Source: PVC group bacterium
GTDB lineage: Bacteria > Auribacterota > Erginobacteria > Erginobacterales > Erginobacteraceae
Direction of reading: 5' to 3'
NCBI GenBank assembly: GCA_043804695.1
Contig: JAZDIV010000060.1
Span: 1 to 33,487 of the forward strand
DNA length: 33,487 nucleotides
Positions 1 through 8,796 of this stretch are shown here, piece after piece. The notes under the pieces were generated by a model that was given only the letters and a program-made list of their open reading frames with translations, had not been told where the DNA came from and did no database searches. A program made the position numbers and the translations under genes. The first letter of the stretch is position 1. Every line of letters begins with the position of its first letter.

Positions 1-61
1 GCCGGTGGATGAAAGTGGTCTTGCCGACCCCGAACGTTCCGATGATTCCTATTTTGTACAT
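1..61 (-). CDS. P-loop NTPase, N-terminus only (runs off the left edge)
   Basis: My translation from ATG at 61-59 gives MYKIGIIGTFGVGKTTFIHR: a beta-strand followed by Walker A GxxGxGKT. GGAGG lies 9 nt upstream. Not in the ORF track. Confidence 0.8.
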   Translation of the reverse strand, partial: MYKIGIIGTFGVGKTTFIHR

Positions 62-86
62 TAAAATTTTCCTCCGGAAAATTTTA
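62..86 (-). promoter_or_regulatory. Start-proximal hairpin containing the Shine-Dalgarno sequence
   Basis: Minus strand TAAAATTTTCC-GGA-GGAAAATTTTA-ATG: perfect 11-bp stem abutting the ATG. Confidence 0.6.
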
Positions 87-198
87 GTCTGAATTCCTAT
101 CGGTTGAAGCAATATCTTACATTAACATATCATCCCTGTAATGAGAACCGCCGATATCATTACGATGGATTTTGCTGGTTACCGCTCACCGCCCCCGG

Positions 199-257
199 GC
201 GCTATGCGCTATGCGCCATGCCCTCTGCTTATTGCGTACCGATTACCGATTACTGAT
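199..257. repeat. Heptamer tandem arrays (GCGCTAT)x3 and (TACCGAT)x3, degenerate
   Basis: gcgctat gcgctat gcgccat at 199-219; taccgat taccgat tactgat at 237-257. Confidence 0.8.
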
Positions 258-276
258 CCCCGGCTATCCACCCTAT

Positions 277-987
277 CTATCCTTCCGTCTTCTCCTCCCG
301 TGTCACTGATGGAGGCGCATTGCTCACCAGGCTGTTCTTATGCAGCCGGGCGAAGAAAGGGCTCAGCGTCGTATTCGGCAGGACCCGCACGCCGTCGCCG
401 ATCCGGATCGCGGCCAGAGACACCCCCGATGCGAGGATGCAGTCATCGCCGATCCGGGCCAGGCCGACCCGGAACTTTCCGGCCCCCTCGTAGGCATGGG
501 TCGAGATCTTGCAGAACGCCCCGATCAGGGAATTGTCTCCGATCGAGATCAGTTCCGGGCAGAAGTGATCGAGCCAGCAGGCCTGCATGATCTCGGTGTT
601 CTTCCCGATCCGGACGCCGGCCCATCGATAGAGGCGGTTCTTCAGCCGCCCCCCCCGGAGCAGCATCGCTGAAAGCACCAGCCAGCTCAGCGGCAGCCGG
701 ATCCAGAAGGGCCGGTTCAGTGCCGTCCAGTGGATGCGGTTACTCTCGGAGAGCTTCCCCAGGCCGTCGAAGGTGTAGGAGTTCGTCCTGCCCCGGAGAA
801 AAGCCCGCAGGCTCTCACTGCCTGGCGGGGTGTCCGGGTCAAGCTCCCGGACATCGACCGGTTCCGCCGCCGAGGACCGGGCCAGCGTGATGATCCGTCC
901 TTTCTTCCGGCCCAGCCGGATGGCCCGACGGATGATCCGGGTAACGACCCTGCGTAAGGCGTCATCTATATCATGTTTATCCGTCAT
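277..987 (-). CDS. Hexapeptide-repeat (left-handed beta-helix) acyltransferase, YvoF-like
   Basis: KNRLYRWAGVRIGKN, PELISIGDNSLIG and IGDDCIL...IGDG repeats; about 80-aa extra N-terminal region. Confidence 0.8.
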   Translation of the reverse strand: MTDKHDIDDALRRVVTRIIRRAIRLGRKKGRIITLARSSAAEPVDVRELDPDTPPGSESLRAFLRGRTNSYTFDGLGKLSESNRIHWTALNRPFWIRLPLSWLVLSAMLLRGGRLKNRLYRWAGVRIGKNTEIMQACWLDHFCPELISIGDNSLIGAFCKISTHAYEGAGKFRVGLARIGDDCILASGVSLAAIRIGDGVRVLPNTTLSPFFARLHKNSLVSNAPPSVTREEKTEG

Positions 988-1023
988 TTTTCACACAATG
1001 CTCCAGTGTTCATTGATAATGAA

Positions 1024-1046
1024 ATAATCGGTGATCAGTAATCAGT
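1024..1046. repeat. Heptamer array (GTAATCA-like)x3, reverse complement of the TACCGAT family
   Basis: ataatcg gtgatca gtaatca gt. Confidence 0.65.
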
Positions 1047-1080
1047 TTGACCTGACTCGCATTAACGGATCGCTGACTAT

Positions 1081-1107
1081 TTAAAATTTTTCGAAGAAAA
1101 ATTTTAA
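1081..1107. repeat. AT-rich perfect hairpin overlapping the purH stop codon
   Basis: ttaaaatttttc-gaa-gaaaaattttaa, 12-bp stem; its arms resemble those of the 62-86 hairpin. Confidence 0.7.
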
Positions 1108-2687
1108 TGTCTAAAATGCCGGATGCCGGTGAAGACCATGGTGATCCCGTGCTCCCGCGCCACCGCGACCGACTCGCCGTCCCGGATGGAGCCCCCCGGC
1201 TGGACAATGGCCCGCACCCCGTTCTCGGCCGCCAAATCCACCACGTCCCGGAAGGGGAAGAAGGCGTCCGAGGCCATGACCGTTCCCTTGACCTCCAGCC
1301 CGGCCCGGCGGGCTTTCTCGACCGCCAGGCGGGCGGCATCGATCCGGCTCATCTGGCCGGCGCCGATCCCGACGGTGGCGGTCCCCCGCCCGAGGACGAC
1401 CGCGTTGGACCGGGTGTGCTTGCAGACCGTCCAGGCGAACGAGAGCGCGGCCCACTCGGCGGGAGACGGCGGCGACCCGGCAACCACTTTCAGGGAATCA
1501 GCGTCCCAGTGGAGCAGGTCGGTTTCCTGGACCAGCATCCCTCCATAGACGGACCGGCAGGACCGGTGAGGGGGACGGCGGCGGAGAGGCCCCGATTCCA
1601 GAACCCGCAGGTTCTTCTTCCGGGCCAGAGTTTCCAGCGCTCCCGGGGTGAAGGCGGGAGCGAGAAGCGCCTCGACGAAAGTCGAGGTCACCTCGACGGC
1701 GACCTCTTCCCCGATTTCCCGGTTGAAGGCGACCACGCTCCCGAAAGCGGATAGTGGATCAGTGGCCCGGGCCCGGCGATAACTCTCGAGCAGGGTTTCC
1801 CCGACCGTAGCCCCGCACGGGTTATTATGCTTGATGATCACGGATGCCGGGCTTTCCAGTTCCAGGACCAGGGAGAGCGCGTTCTCCAGATCGAGGATAT
1901 TGTTATAGGAGAGTTCCTTCCCCTGAAGCCGGCGGGCATTACAGATCGAACTTCCGACTTCCGGCGCCGGGCTCCTGATTCCTGACTCCTGTACATACAG
2001 TGCCGCTTCCTGGTGGCGGTTCTCCCCGTAGCGAAGCCTCTGCTTCAAAGAGCAGGCCAGCTCCAGCCGGGCAGGGAAATCTCCCGGTTTCTCCCCGGCC
2101 AGGAAAGCGGAAATCATGCCGTCATACCGGGAAGCGGTCAGGAAGGCCTTCGCCGCCAGCCGGCGCCTGGTCGCAGGCGAAACACTCCCTCCACCGTTCC
2201 TCATTTCTTCCATCACCGCGCTGTAATCGGCGGGAGCGCTGACGACCGTTACCGACCGGTAATTCTTGGCCCCCGCCCGCAGCAGGGACACGCCGCCGAT
2301 GTCGATGAACTCCACCAGGGTATCCTCATCAAACTGCCCGTTGTTCAGCTTGTCTTCGAACGGGTACAGGTTGATCGCCAGGAAATCGATCGGCTCGATG
2401 GCCGCCTTGACCAGCTCGGCCATATGTTCCGGATTATCCCGCCGCGCTAAAAGTCCCCCGTGGACTTTCGGATGGAGAGACTTCACCCGCCCGTCCAGCA
2501 TCTCCGGAAAGCCGGTATAGTCCGCCAGTCTCTTCACCTTGATCCCCTCCTCTTCCAGGGCCCGGGCGGTGCCCCCGGTCGAGATGATCTCGAAACCCAT
2601 CCCTGCCAGCGCCGTGCCCAGTTCCAGAAGCCCGGTCTTGTCGGAAACACTGATCAATGCGGTCCGCTTGAGATTATTCATACCCAT
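1104..2687 (-). CDS. purH: Bifunctional AICAR transformylase/IMP cyclohydrolase
   Basis: ALISVSDKTG, STGGT, GRVKSLHP, IDIGG, LRYGEN, KHNNPCG, GQMSR, SDAFFPF and C-terminal RHFRH. Confidence 0.98.
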   Translation of the reverse strand: MGMNNLKRTALISVSDKTGLLELGTALAGMGFEIISTGGTARALEEEGIKVKRLADYTGFPEMLDGRVKSLHPKVHGGLLARRDNPEHMAELVKAAIEPIDFLAINLYPFEDKLNNGQFDEDTLVEFIDIGGVSLLRAGAKNYRSVTVVSAPADYSAVMEEMRNGGGSVSPATRRRLAAKAFLTASRYDGMISAFLAGEKPGDFPARLELACSLKQRLRYGENRHQEAALYVQESGIRSPAPEVGSSICNARRLQGKELSYNNILDLENALSLVLELESPASVIIKHNNPCGATVGETLLESYRRARATDPLSAFGSVVAFNREIGEEVAVEVTSTFVEALLAPAFTPGALETLARKKNLRVLESGPLRRRPPHRSCRSVYGGMLVQETDLLHWDADSLKVVAGSPPSPAEWAALSFAWTVCKHTRSNAVVLGRGTATVGIGAGQMSRIDAARLAVEKARRAGLEVKGTVMASDAFFPFRDVVDLAAENGVRAIVQPGGSIRDGESVAVAREHGITMVFTGIRHFRH

Positions 2688-2719
2688 AGATTGCTTCGTC
2701 GCTCCGTTCCTCGCAATGA
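2688..2719. repeat. Half REP-like element (GATTGCTTC...CTCGCAATGA family) abutting the first purH ATG
   Basis: agattgcttcgtcgctccgttcctcgcaatga; same family as the right arm at 20797-20855. Confidence 0.75.
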
Positions 2720-2842
2720 TGGGGTTAAATGACGCAATTTATGAGACGGCACACTAGCTTGATCCCTTTGATTTATCAAAAAAGTCACCCCGATAAGTCC
2801 GGAACGGCTCTTTTAGGGAGTCATAGAAAGAATTGTCTCATC

Positions 2843-2933
2843 GGGCATTAGATATTTTACATTCTTTCGGGTTTCGCTCCGCCCCGATGCAATCGGGGTC
2901 ATTCGGGATTCGTCATTTTTCGATGTTCGATGT
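2843..2933. repeat. Degenerate short-period repeat arm with an embedded CCCCGAT-gca-ATCGGGG hairpin
   Basis: tttcgggtttcg...tcattcgggattcgtcatttttcgatgttcgatg; hairpin at 2882-2898. Confidence 0.5.
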
Positions 2934-2946
2934 CCATAGTTGTATA

Positions 2947-3648
2947 TTATACGTCTCTAATCACCTTCAGATACTGCTCAAAGATCCTCACCCTCTCCGG
3001 CGTCCCGATATCGTAAAACTTCCGTTCGACGGGCCAGGCACCCAGTTCCCCCGCTTCGATCAGCCGGGGATACAGGTCCTCCTCCAAGGAGAAAACGTCC
3101 TCCGGAGGGAAGTAATCCGCGATGGCCTTCCGTGCCATCCGGACACCGGCATCGGCGTGCGTCAGTGAAGCCGCCGGGCTATCCGCCGCGCAAGCCGTGA
3201 TTCTCCCCCCCTCCACCCGGAGGTTGGGAGGCAGTCCGGGGGCTTCCCCCGGGAAGACGCTTACCATCATCAAGGCCTTCGTCTTCTCGAACGCGACCCG
3301 GAGTTGCCGGTAATCGGCCGGCAGAAGCGTGTCCCCGTTGAGGAGAAAAAACGCGTCTTCGAGCTTCGGCCAGGCCCGCTTGAGTGCGCCCCCCGTCCCC
3401 AGGGGCCTGTCCTCAAGCGAATAATCGATCCGCAGGCCCAGACGATCCCCGTCTCCAAAATAGGATTCGATCATCTCGCCCCGGTAACCGGTACAGAGCA
3501 GTATCCCGGTAACCCCGGTCCGGCGGAGATAGACGATAAGATGTTCCAGAAACGGGCGTCCCCCGATCTCGACCATCCCTTTGGGAACACTATCCGTCAC
3601 CGGCCGCAGCCTGGTCCCTCGCCCCCCGGTTACAATTACCGCTTGCAT
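2947..3648 (-). CDS. Sugar-phosphate nucleotidyltransferase (NTP_transferase; HddC/mannose-1-phosphate guanylyltransferase-like)
   Basis: GGRGTRL, PKGMVEIGGRPFLEH, EDRPLGTGGA, LNGDT, FYDIGTPE. Confidence 0.9.
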   Translation of the reverse strand: MQAVIVTGGRGTRLRPVTDSVPKGMVEIGGRPFLEHLIVYLRRTGVTGILLCTGYRGEMIESYFGDGDRLGLRIDYSLEDRPLGTGGALKRAWPKLEDAFFLLNGDTLLPADYRQLRVAFEKTKALMMVSVFPGEAPGLPPNLRVEGGRITACAADSPAASLTHADAGVRMARKAIADYFPPEDVFSLEEDLYPRLIEAGELGAWPVERKFYDIGTPERVRIFEQYLKVIRDV

Positions 3649-3650
3649 TA

Positions 3651-3677
3651 TAAGTTAGCGTCTCCGGCGCTAACTTA
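3651..3677 (-). promoter_or_regulatory. Start-proximal TTAGC...GCTAA hairpin
   Basis: Minus strand TAAGTTAGCG-CCGGAGA-CGCTAACTTA-TA-ATG; GGAG lies in the loop. Confidence 0.65.
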
Positions 3678-3947
3678 GTGAAAATGCATTGAAGCTAACG
3701 CCACTTGATAAAGTTCTTAGATTATACAATAATTATTTGAACTATTCTATTCTTAAACTCCGAAGGGGAAGGAATAGGTTAACGCCATTTCAACCTGAAG
3801 TCAAAAAGATATCTCAGACAACGGACGATCAACTTGAGATCGGGAAGCCGGTCCGGAAGAAGCGGCTGAAGAAAAAAGAATAAACGTCCAACACCAAATG
3901 AATCAGGGAAGGGTGACAGTCAATAATCCAGGGCGTCAGATTTGTTT

Positions 3948-4370
3948 TTATCCGGCACCAGAGGCCCATTCGTGCGAATATACCTCTATGTTATTTGACT
4001 GGAACGGATATTCAACGCCGAACAGACGGCACTGCCGTTGAAACTGGTTTCGGTCATACTCCCCATAGCTCGCCCAGGTACGCTTCCTGGTAATATATTT
4101 CTCCCGGAGCACTCCACAGGCCGCCTCAAAGGACATACCTTTGTTCACCTGCTCCTGAGTCAATGTAGTGAAATGGGTGCAGAACTCGCTCACGGTAGAA
4201 TGATCGGGCCGAACCAGGATACTCTCCTTCCCCAGTCGTTTCCCCGTGCTGATCTCAAGCGGGCAAATCCCGATCTCAATGATCTCGTTCACCTGTTCAT
4301 CAGGTGCTTTGCCCTCCCAACAGGTTGCCTCCACGTCAACGACGATAATTTGGTCCAGGAGCTTAGACAT
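3948..4370 (-). pseudogene. DEDDh 3'-5' exonuclease (ERI-1/KapD-like), C-terminally truncated
   Basis: ExoI VVDVEATCW and ExoII WASYGEYDRNQF are present. Family resemblance stops after EYPF. No ExoIII H-x4-D motif, and the other two frames stop within a few codons. Confidence 0.7.
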
Positions 4371-4404
4371 CAGATACGATATTCGGAATAGGACTTAACG
4401 CAGG

Positions 4405-5343
4405 CTAAAGAGGCTGTCCGATAAATCCGATTTTCGGGTTTCCAGTGGTAGCCGAAGTCGTTGACCGCGGCAATTCATCCTTAAACAACTTTATCTCACT
4501 GATCTCTGAATAGTCATCACTCGTTACGGCAGTTACTACGAATCCAGCCTGCATGAGCCTTTGCACGGTCTCCGAGGACTCGGAGCAATTGGACCCTATC
4601 GAGGCAGGGTAAAACGCGAACGATGTCAGCGAGTCCGCGAGCAGCAGCCGGTTGTGCTTGTCATAGATAAGGATGTGGGACGGGATAGACGCCCCGCGGC
4701 GCGACAGTTCCAAAAAGGCCAGGCCGAAGTAGCTGTGGACTTCACGGCTCCCCGAACCGGTGCCGCATCCTCGGGCGCAGGTCTTGGATCGACGCATGAA
4801 GTAGAACTGCTGCGGCACGGCGGTGGACCAGAGCCCAAGCGGCGCAGGCAGATCGTATCGTCGCCGGCATTCCATTTTGCGCCGTGGATGCAGGTAGCCG
4901 CCTTCCGCCCACCGTCGCTTCCAGGTGCGGGGATAGCGTTCCCGGTATTCCGCTCGCAGGATCTGCCGGGCGCGGGGATAATACGCCCACACAAGTCTCT
5001 TCAGGTGCGTGTCATCCGGGTCGGGGTGATTGCGCACCCAATCAGCCATCCGCGCGTTGAGTTCGCGGTCGAAATACCGATAAACCGTCTCATCAAGTTC
5101 CGAAACGAGTTCGACGCGCCGCATGATCGTATGTGACTTGCGCCGGCAGCGTTCCGGGGCCAGTGGCTCGGCGAACAGAATGATCGTGAAAGGTTTGGAA
5201 TCAGCAATCGCGTCCGCCAGGGCGTGGCAGTCCCTGGGCCAACCCGGGACCGCCTGGTACTCCGCCAGGGAAGCCAGGAGATCCGCGACCGGTGGTGGCG
5301 GCGGCCGGAAAGTCTTTCGCGGGATCAAGATCATCGCTGTCAC
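4405..5343 (-). CDS. Hypothetical protein, 312 aa
   Basis: Long ORF co-oriented with its neighbours, Arg/aromatic-rich, no recognised motif. Start uncertain (GTG at 5343 or the ATG three codons later). Confidence 0.65.
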   Translation of the reverse strand: MTAMILIPRKTFRPPPPPVADLLASLAEYQAVPGWPRDCHALADAIADSKPFTIILFAEPLAPERCRRKSHTIMRRVELVSELDETVYRYFDRELNARMADWVRNHPDPDDTHLKRLVWAYYPRARQILRAEYRERYPRTWKRRWAEGGYLHPRRKMECRRRYDLPAPLGLWSTAVPQQFYFMRRSKTCARGCGTGSGSREVHSYFGLAFLELSRRGASIPSHILIYDKHNRLLLADSLTSFAFYPASIGSNCSESSETVQRLMQAGFVVTAVTSDDYSEISEIKLFKDELPRSTTSATTGNPKIGFIGQPL

Positions 5344-5368
5344 CTTTGTCTTCTTCGTTCATTATTCC

Positions 5369-5436
5369 GGGCATTGGATTATATTCAATTGCCCAATATT
5401 CGACATATATGGGCATTATATTAAAACTATTGCCCA
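5369..5436. promoter_or_regulatory. Two tandem operator-like palindromes GGGCA-N15/16-TGCCC
   Basis: gggcattggattatattcaattgccc (5369-5394) and tgggcattatattaaaactattgccca (5410-5436), upstream of the orphan gene. Confidence 0.55.
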
Positions 5437-5647
5437 AAAAGGCTCAATTTTACGTAATTTTTCTCATAAAAAATTATTGCAGATGAATTAACAGTTTCTC
5501 ATTCAGTATGTCCGAACATCCGGCCGGCTCTGAAGCGGCCTTCTCCGCCCTCGGGATAAAAAAAACCCTGCCGTCTTCTCCTCATTCAGGCGGTCTTGGT
5601 GGTCCCAGGGTTCCATCCGGCTTCGGGTCTTAGCGAAATACTGCCTT

Positions 5648-6799
5648 TCAGCCTGAAGGCACAAGCCTGAGATTGATCAGGTCCGCAAGCGGCAGGGCGG
5701 AAACGCGGTCGCCAATGGGGTAGGCATCCCGTCCTGGGTAAATCACCCACAGATGTTCCAGACTCAGGTCTTGGAACGCGCTCAGCATGGAGCGGGTGTG
5801 CGACGGCGCGTCCGTATACTTGAACTCGAAGCCGTAGCGCCGGCCGTCAGCCATTAGCAACAGATCGAGTTCAGCCCCGCCATGGGTGGACCAGAAATAA
5901 ACCCCGGGCGTGGGAAAAAGACACAAAGCCTGTTCCAGGGCGAATCCTTCCCACGACGCGCCCAGCCGGGGATGCCGCTCGATCTCCCCCATATTTTTTA
6001 ACTCCAGCAAAGCATGCAGGAGGCCGCTGTCGCGCAGGTACACGCGGGGAGACTTCACCTGCCGTTTGCCGATATTTTCAAACCAGGGCGCCAATACCCT
6101 CACCATATAGGCCCCGGAGAGGATGTCGAGATACCGCCGGGCCGTCGGCTCGCTGGTACCGAGTGAGCGCGCGAATTCGGCGGCATTCCAGATCTGGCCA
6201 TGGTAGTGCGCCAGCATGGTCCAGAACCGCCGGAGCGTTTCCGCCGGGATCGAAATGCCAAGCTGCGGAATGTCCCGTTCCAGGAAAGTCCGGATAAAGG
6301 CCTGCCGCCACTCGTAACTCTGGTTTTCCGAGGCGGCCAGGAACGCGCGCGGGTAACCCCCACGCACCCAGAGTTTCTCCGCGGCCGCGCCGCCCACCTC
6401 CGAAAGATCGAACCCCGACAGGTCAACGAACCCGACCCGGCCGGCCAGCGATTCGGATACCCCCCTGACCATGCCCGGGGAGGCGCTGCCGAGGGTCAGA
6501 AACCGCGCGGGACAATCCGGGCGGTCCGCCAGCACGCGCAGAATCTCAAAGAGTTCCGGAAGGCGTTGAATCTCATCCAGCACTACCAACCCGCGAAGCG
6601 GCTCCAACGCCCGCATAGGCGCTTCCAGGCGTCGTCGATCCACCGGTTTCTCCAGGTCGAAGTACTCAGCGGACTTATCCCGGCAGTATATCCGGGCCAG
6701 CGTTGACTTCCCGCACTGCCGAGATCCAAGTATTGACACGATCGGATGCACTCGGAAACCGGACTCGATCTTCTTTATATATGCGTTTCTCTCAATCAT
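5648..6799 (-). CDS. AAA+ ATPase, AAA_14 + DUF4143 type
   Basis: Walker A GSRQCGKST, Walker B VVLDEIQ, LGSAS, ESLAGR, RGGYP, KSPRVYLRDSG, and C-terminal ELDLL...FEFK PD-(D/E)XK-like motif. Confidence 0.92.
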   Translation of the reverse strand: MIERNAYIKKIESGFRVHPIVSILGSRQCGKSTLARIYCRDKSAEYFDLEKPVDRRRLEAPMRALEPLRGLVVLDEIQRLPELFEILRVLADRPDCPARFLTLGSASPGMVRGVSESLAGRVGFVDLSGFDLSEVGGAAAEKLWVRGGYPRAFLAASENQSYEWRQAFIRTFLERDIPQLGISIPAETLRRFWTMLAHYHGQIWNAAEFARSLGTSEPTARRYLDILSGAYMVRVLAPWFENIGKRQVKSPRVYLRDSGLLHALLELKNMGEIERHPRLGASWEGFALEQALCLFPTPGVYFWSTHGGAELDLLLMADGRRYGFEFKYTDAPSHTRSMLSAFQDLSLEHLWVIYPGRDAYPIGDRVSALPLADLINLRLVPSG

Positions 6800-6805
6800 G
6801 GCTCT

Positions 6806-6834
6806 ATTATTATCCTGCCATTTCTAATAGTCAA
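6806..6834 (-). promoter_or_regulatory. Putative sigma70 promoter giving a leaderless ATPase transcript
   Basis: TTGACT (6834-6829), 17 nt, AATAAT (6811-6806), 6 nt, ATG; no SD sequence. Confidence 0.4.
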
Positions 6835-6835
6835 C

Positions 6836-8170
6836 TTAAGATTTTCGAGATATGTTCAGCACGGCATCGAGCACCGGGCCGACCGATAACGCAATGTAAA
6901 ACACCAGGAGGGGGAAAAAGTGCACATATTCTCTCTTGATGGTTTGATGCATCATTTTTTGAAGGTCTTTCGGTATCGAATAAAAAACAAATACCAGAAT
7001 GATGAAATTAAGCATAATAATCGCCAGAAGATACCCGAACTTTTTAAGAGATTTCCAGCACAGGAGAAGCACTATTAAAAACAGCGGTCCTAACCCACCC
7101 CAGGCTTCTTTCTCCAGAAACTTTTGCCAGATGTAACGGAGCACACTTTCAAGCTTCCACCATGATAACCTGCACTGAATTATACCTTCCGACGAGTCTT
7201 TAAAGTTCCCGAAGAACCGGTTCGAATACCCCAGCATAACTGAGGAATATACGCTCCAACTCCCCCCCAGGATAAGTGTTGGAAGAATAAAATAAATAAG
7301 TAATCCAACTCTTTTTTTGCGGAGAAGATACACGAATAAAACAATCACATCAGCTCCCGTCAGAAACCAGCCTTCCGACTTGGTCCAGACGGACAGGCCG
7401 CATAACAGGCCTGATAAGATGAGCCATGATTTCTTACCCTCCCGGAAAAAAAGACAGAGGTAGAGCGTTCCGCTCACGTAGTAAAGCGCGCAGGTAAGAT
7501 CCGCACAGGCCCGGTAACTCTGCTCGAACAGATAGGGGAGAGTGGCCATTAAAAGCGTGAAGAGGAGAGCGGATACCGCAGACAGGGTTCTGCGGAGATA
7601 GGTGAAGAAGATAATGATCAGGCAGATATAGTTTAAGGTGAACGGTATCTTGGCCATCGCCTCCGAGTGCAGAAACATGAGGGCGGTCGAGAGCGGAACA
7701 TGGAGGGGATACTGGGGATGCGACCCGAATCTCACGGCGGACAAGCTTCCGGTGGCGGCGATCGCCTTCCCCTTGGCCAGCCAGCTTCCGATTGAATCAG
7801 GGTAGTGGGCGGGCCAATACATATTTATTATCCCGGAAAAAACAATGACCAGCGCAAGGATGATGAACAAAACCAGAGCGACGGGATGCCTCCTCGAACG
7901 GGGGTGCCCGGTCTCGGCCATTCCCAGCCTTTTCCGGTTGACGATGAAAAGTACCAGGGAGATCCCCAGATAGGCAGCGCCCAGGGAACTCGGGTTCAAA
8001 GTTACGCCGGCCGCCCCGAGCAGAAAGCCGGCGAAGGTCACGACTCCGGCGCCCAGAGCATAGGCCAGGGCGGCACGCTCCAGCAGGCCGATTCTTCCAT
8101 CCTTAAAAAAGAGGGTGATATTCCACCCGACCCAGAACATACATCCGAGCTGAAAAATAATCCAGATCAT
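6836..8170 (-). CDS. GT-C fold (PMT/ArnT-like) membrane glycosyltransferase
   Basis: Many TM segments; DSIGSWLAKGK, HPQYPLHVP, ADL and WTKSEG motifs. Confidence 0.8.
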   Translation of the reverse strand: MIWIIFQLGCMFWVGWNITLFFKDGRIGLLERAALAYALGAGVVTFAGFLLGAAGVTLNPSSLGAAYLGISLVLFIVNRKRLGMAETGHPRSRRHPVALVLFIILALVIVFSGIINMYWPAHYPDSIGSWLAKGKAIAATGSLSAVRFGSHPQYPLHVPLSTALMFLHSEAMAKIPFTLNYICLIIIFFTYLRRTLSAVSALLFTLLMATLPYLFEQSYRACADLTCALYYVSGTLYLCLFFREGKKSWLILSGLLCGLSVWTKSEGWFLTGADVIVLFVYLLRKKRVGLLIYFILPTLILGGSWSVYSSVMLGYSNRFFGNFKDSSEGIIQCRLSWWKLESVLRYIWQKFLEKEAWGGLGPLFLIVLLLCWKSLKKFGYLLAIIMLNFIILVFVFYSIPKDLQKMMHQTIKREYVHFFPLLVFYIALSVGPVLDAVLNISRKS

Positions 8171-8637
8171 CGGTTCCTGGCCGGATTATCCGGCGGCTCT
8201 CTTTCTATTTGATATAACCCCAGCGTATCATCAAGCATAATCTTTTTGCCCCTGACCTTGAAATCGGGGAAATCCTTATAGATCAACACATAGTCGATTG
8301 ACGGAAACGCGGTAAGGGGTGCGTCCCCCCGGTATATGATTTCCCGAGGACAGAGAAAATAATTGTTCCGCCATAACCAATCAAACGGTCTGTACTCTCT
8401 TTCCCGGGGAGGGAACAGGATCCGTGCCCGTTCAGGCGTGTTTCTCTCAATGAATTCCATATAGACCGCGTAATCTCCCTGGAGCAACCAGTGTTTTTCT
8501 TTAAGAGAGAGACCAGGCCGGGCCAGGATGGGCCCCATCTGAGAAACGATGAAGCCGGAGACGGTCGCCAGGTTGACGGCCAGGGCGACCAGAACCGCGA
8601 AAACGATCACCAGTTTAAGTGCGGCCTTGAAAATCAT
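8167..8637 (-). CDS. Membrane-anchored hypothetical protein, translationally coupled to the downstream GT-C
   Basis: N-terminal TM; FIERNTPERARILF motif like GT-C C-terminal soluble domains; 4-nt overlap with the next gene. Confidence 0.75.
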   Translation of the reverse strand: MIFKAALKLVIVFAVLVALAVNLATVSGFIVSQMGPILARPGLSLKEKHWLLQGDYAVYMEFIERNTPERARILFPPREREYRPFDWLWRNNYFLCPREIIYRGDAPLTAFPSIDYVLIYKDFPDFKVRGKKIMLDDTLGLYQIEREPPDNPARNR

Positions 8638-8673
8638 TATTTAATAAATCAGCTCGCTTCGCTCGTAACTTTT

Positions 8674-8764
8674 GCCACTAAGACACCAAGACACCAAGAA
8701 AAAACCAAATAAGATGAGTTTTACTCTTTTTATTCTATTCTTGGTGCCTTTGTGCCTTGGTGGC
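8674..8764. repeat. GCCACTAAGACACCAAG...CTTGGTGGC inverted-repeat element, copy 1
   Basis: Arms near-identical to 22151-22250; AT-rich unique core. Confidence 0.85.
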
Positions 8765-8796
8765 TAATATTAATTTTTTCACATAAAAATAATATC

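Noticed and set aside
3689..3883. 64-aa plus-strand ORF
   Set aside because: TTG start, no RBS, no motif; at most a fragment.
5467..5640. Short minus-strand ORF or terminator after the ATPase (A-tract near 5558)
   Set aside because: No convincing stem precedes the T-run, and the ~47-aa ORF has no recognisable features.
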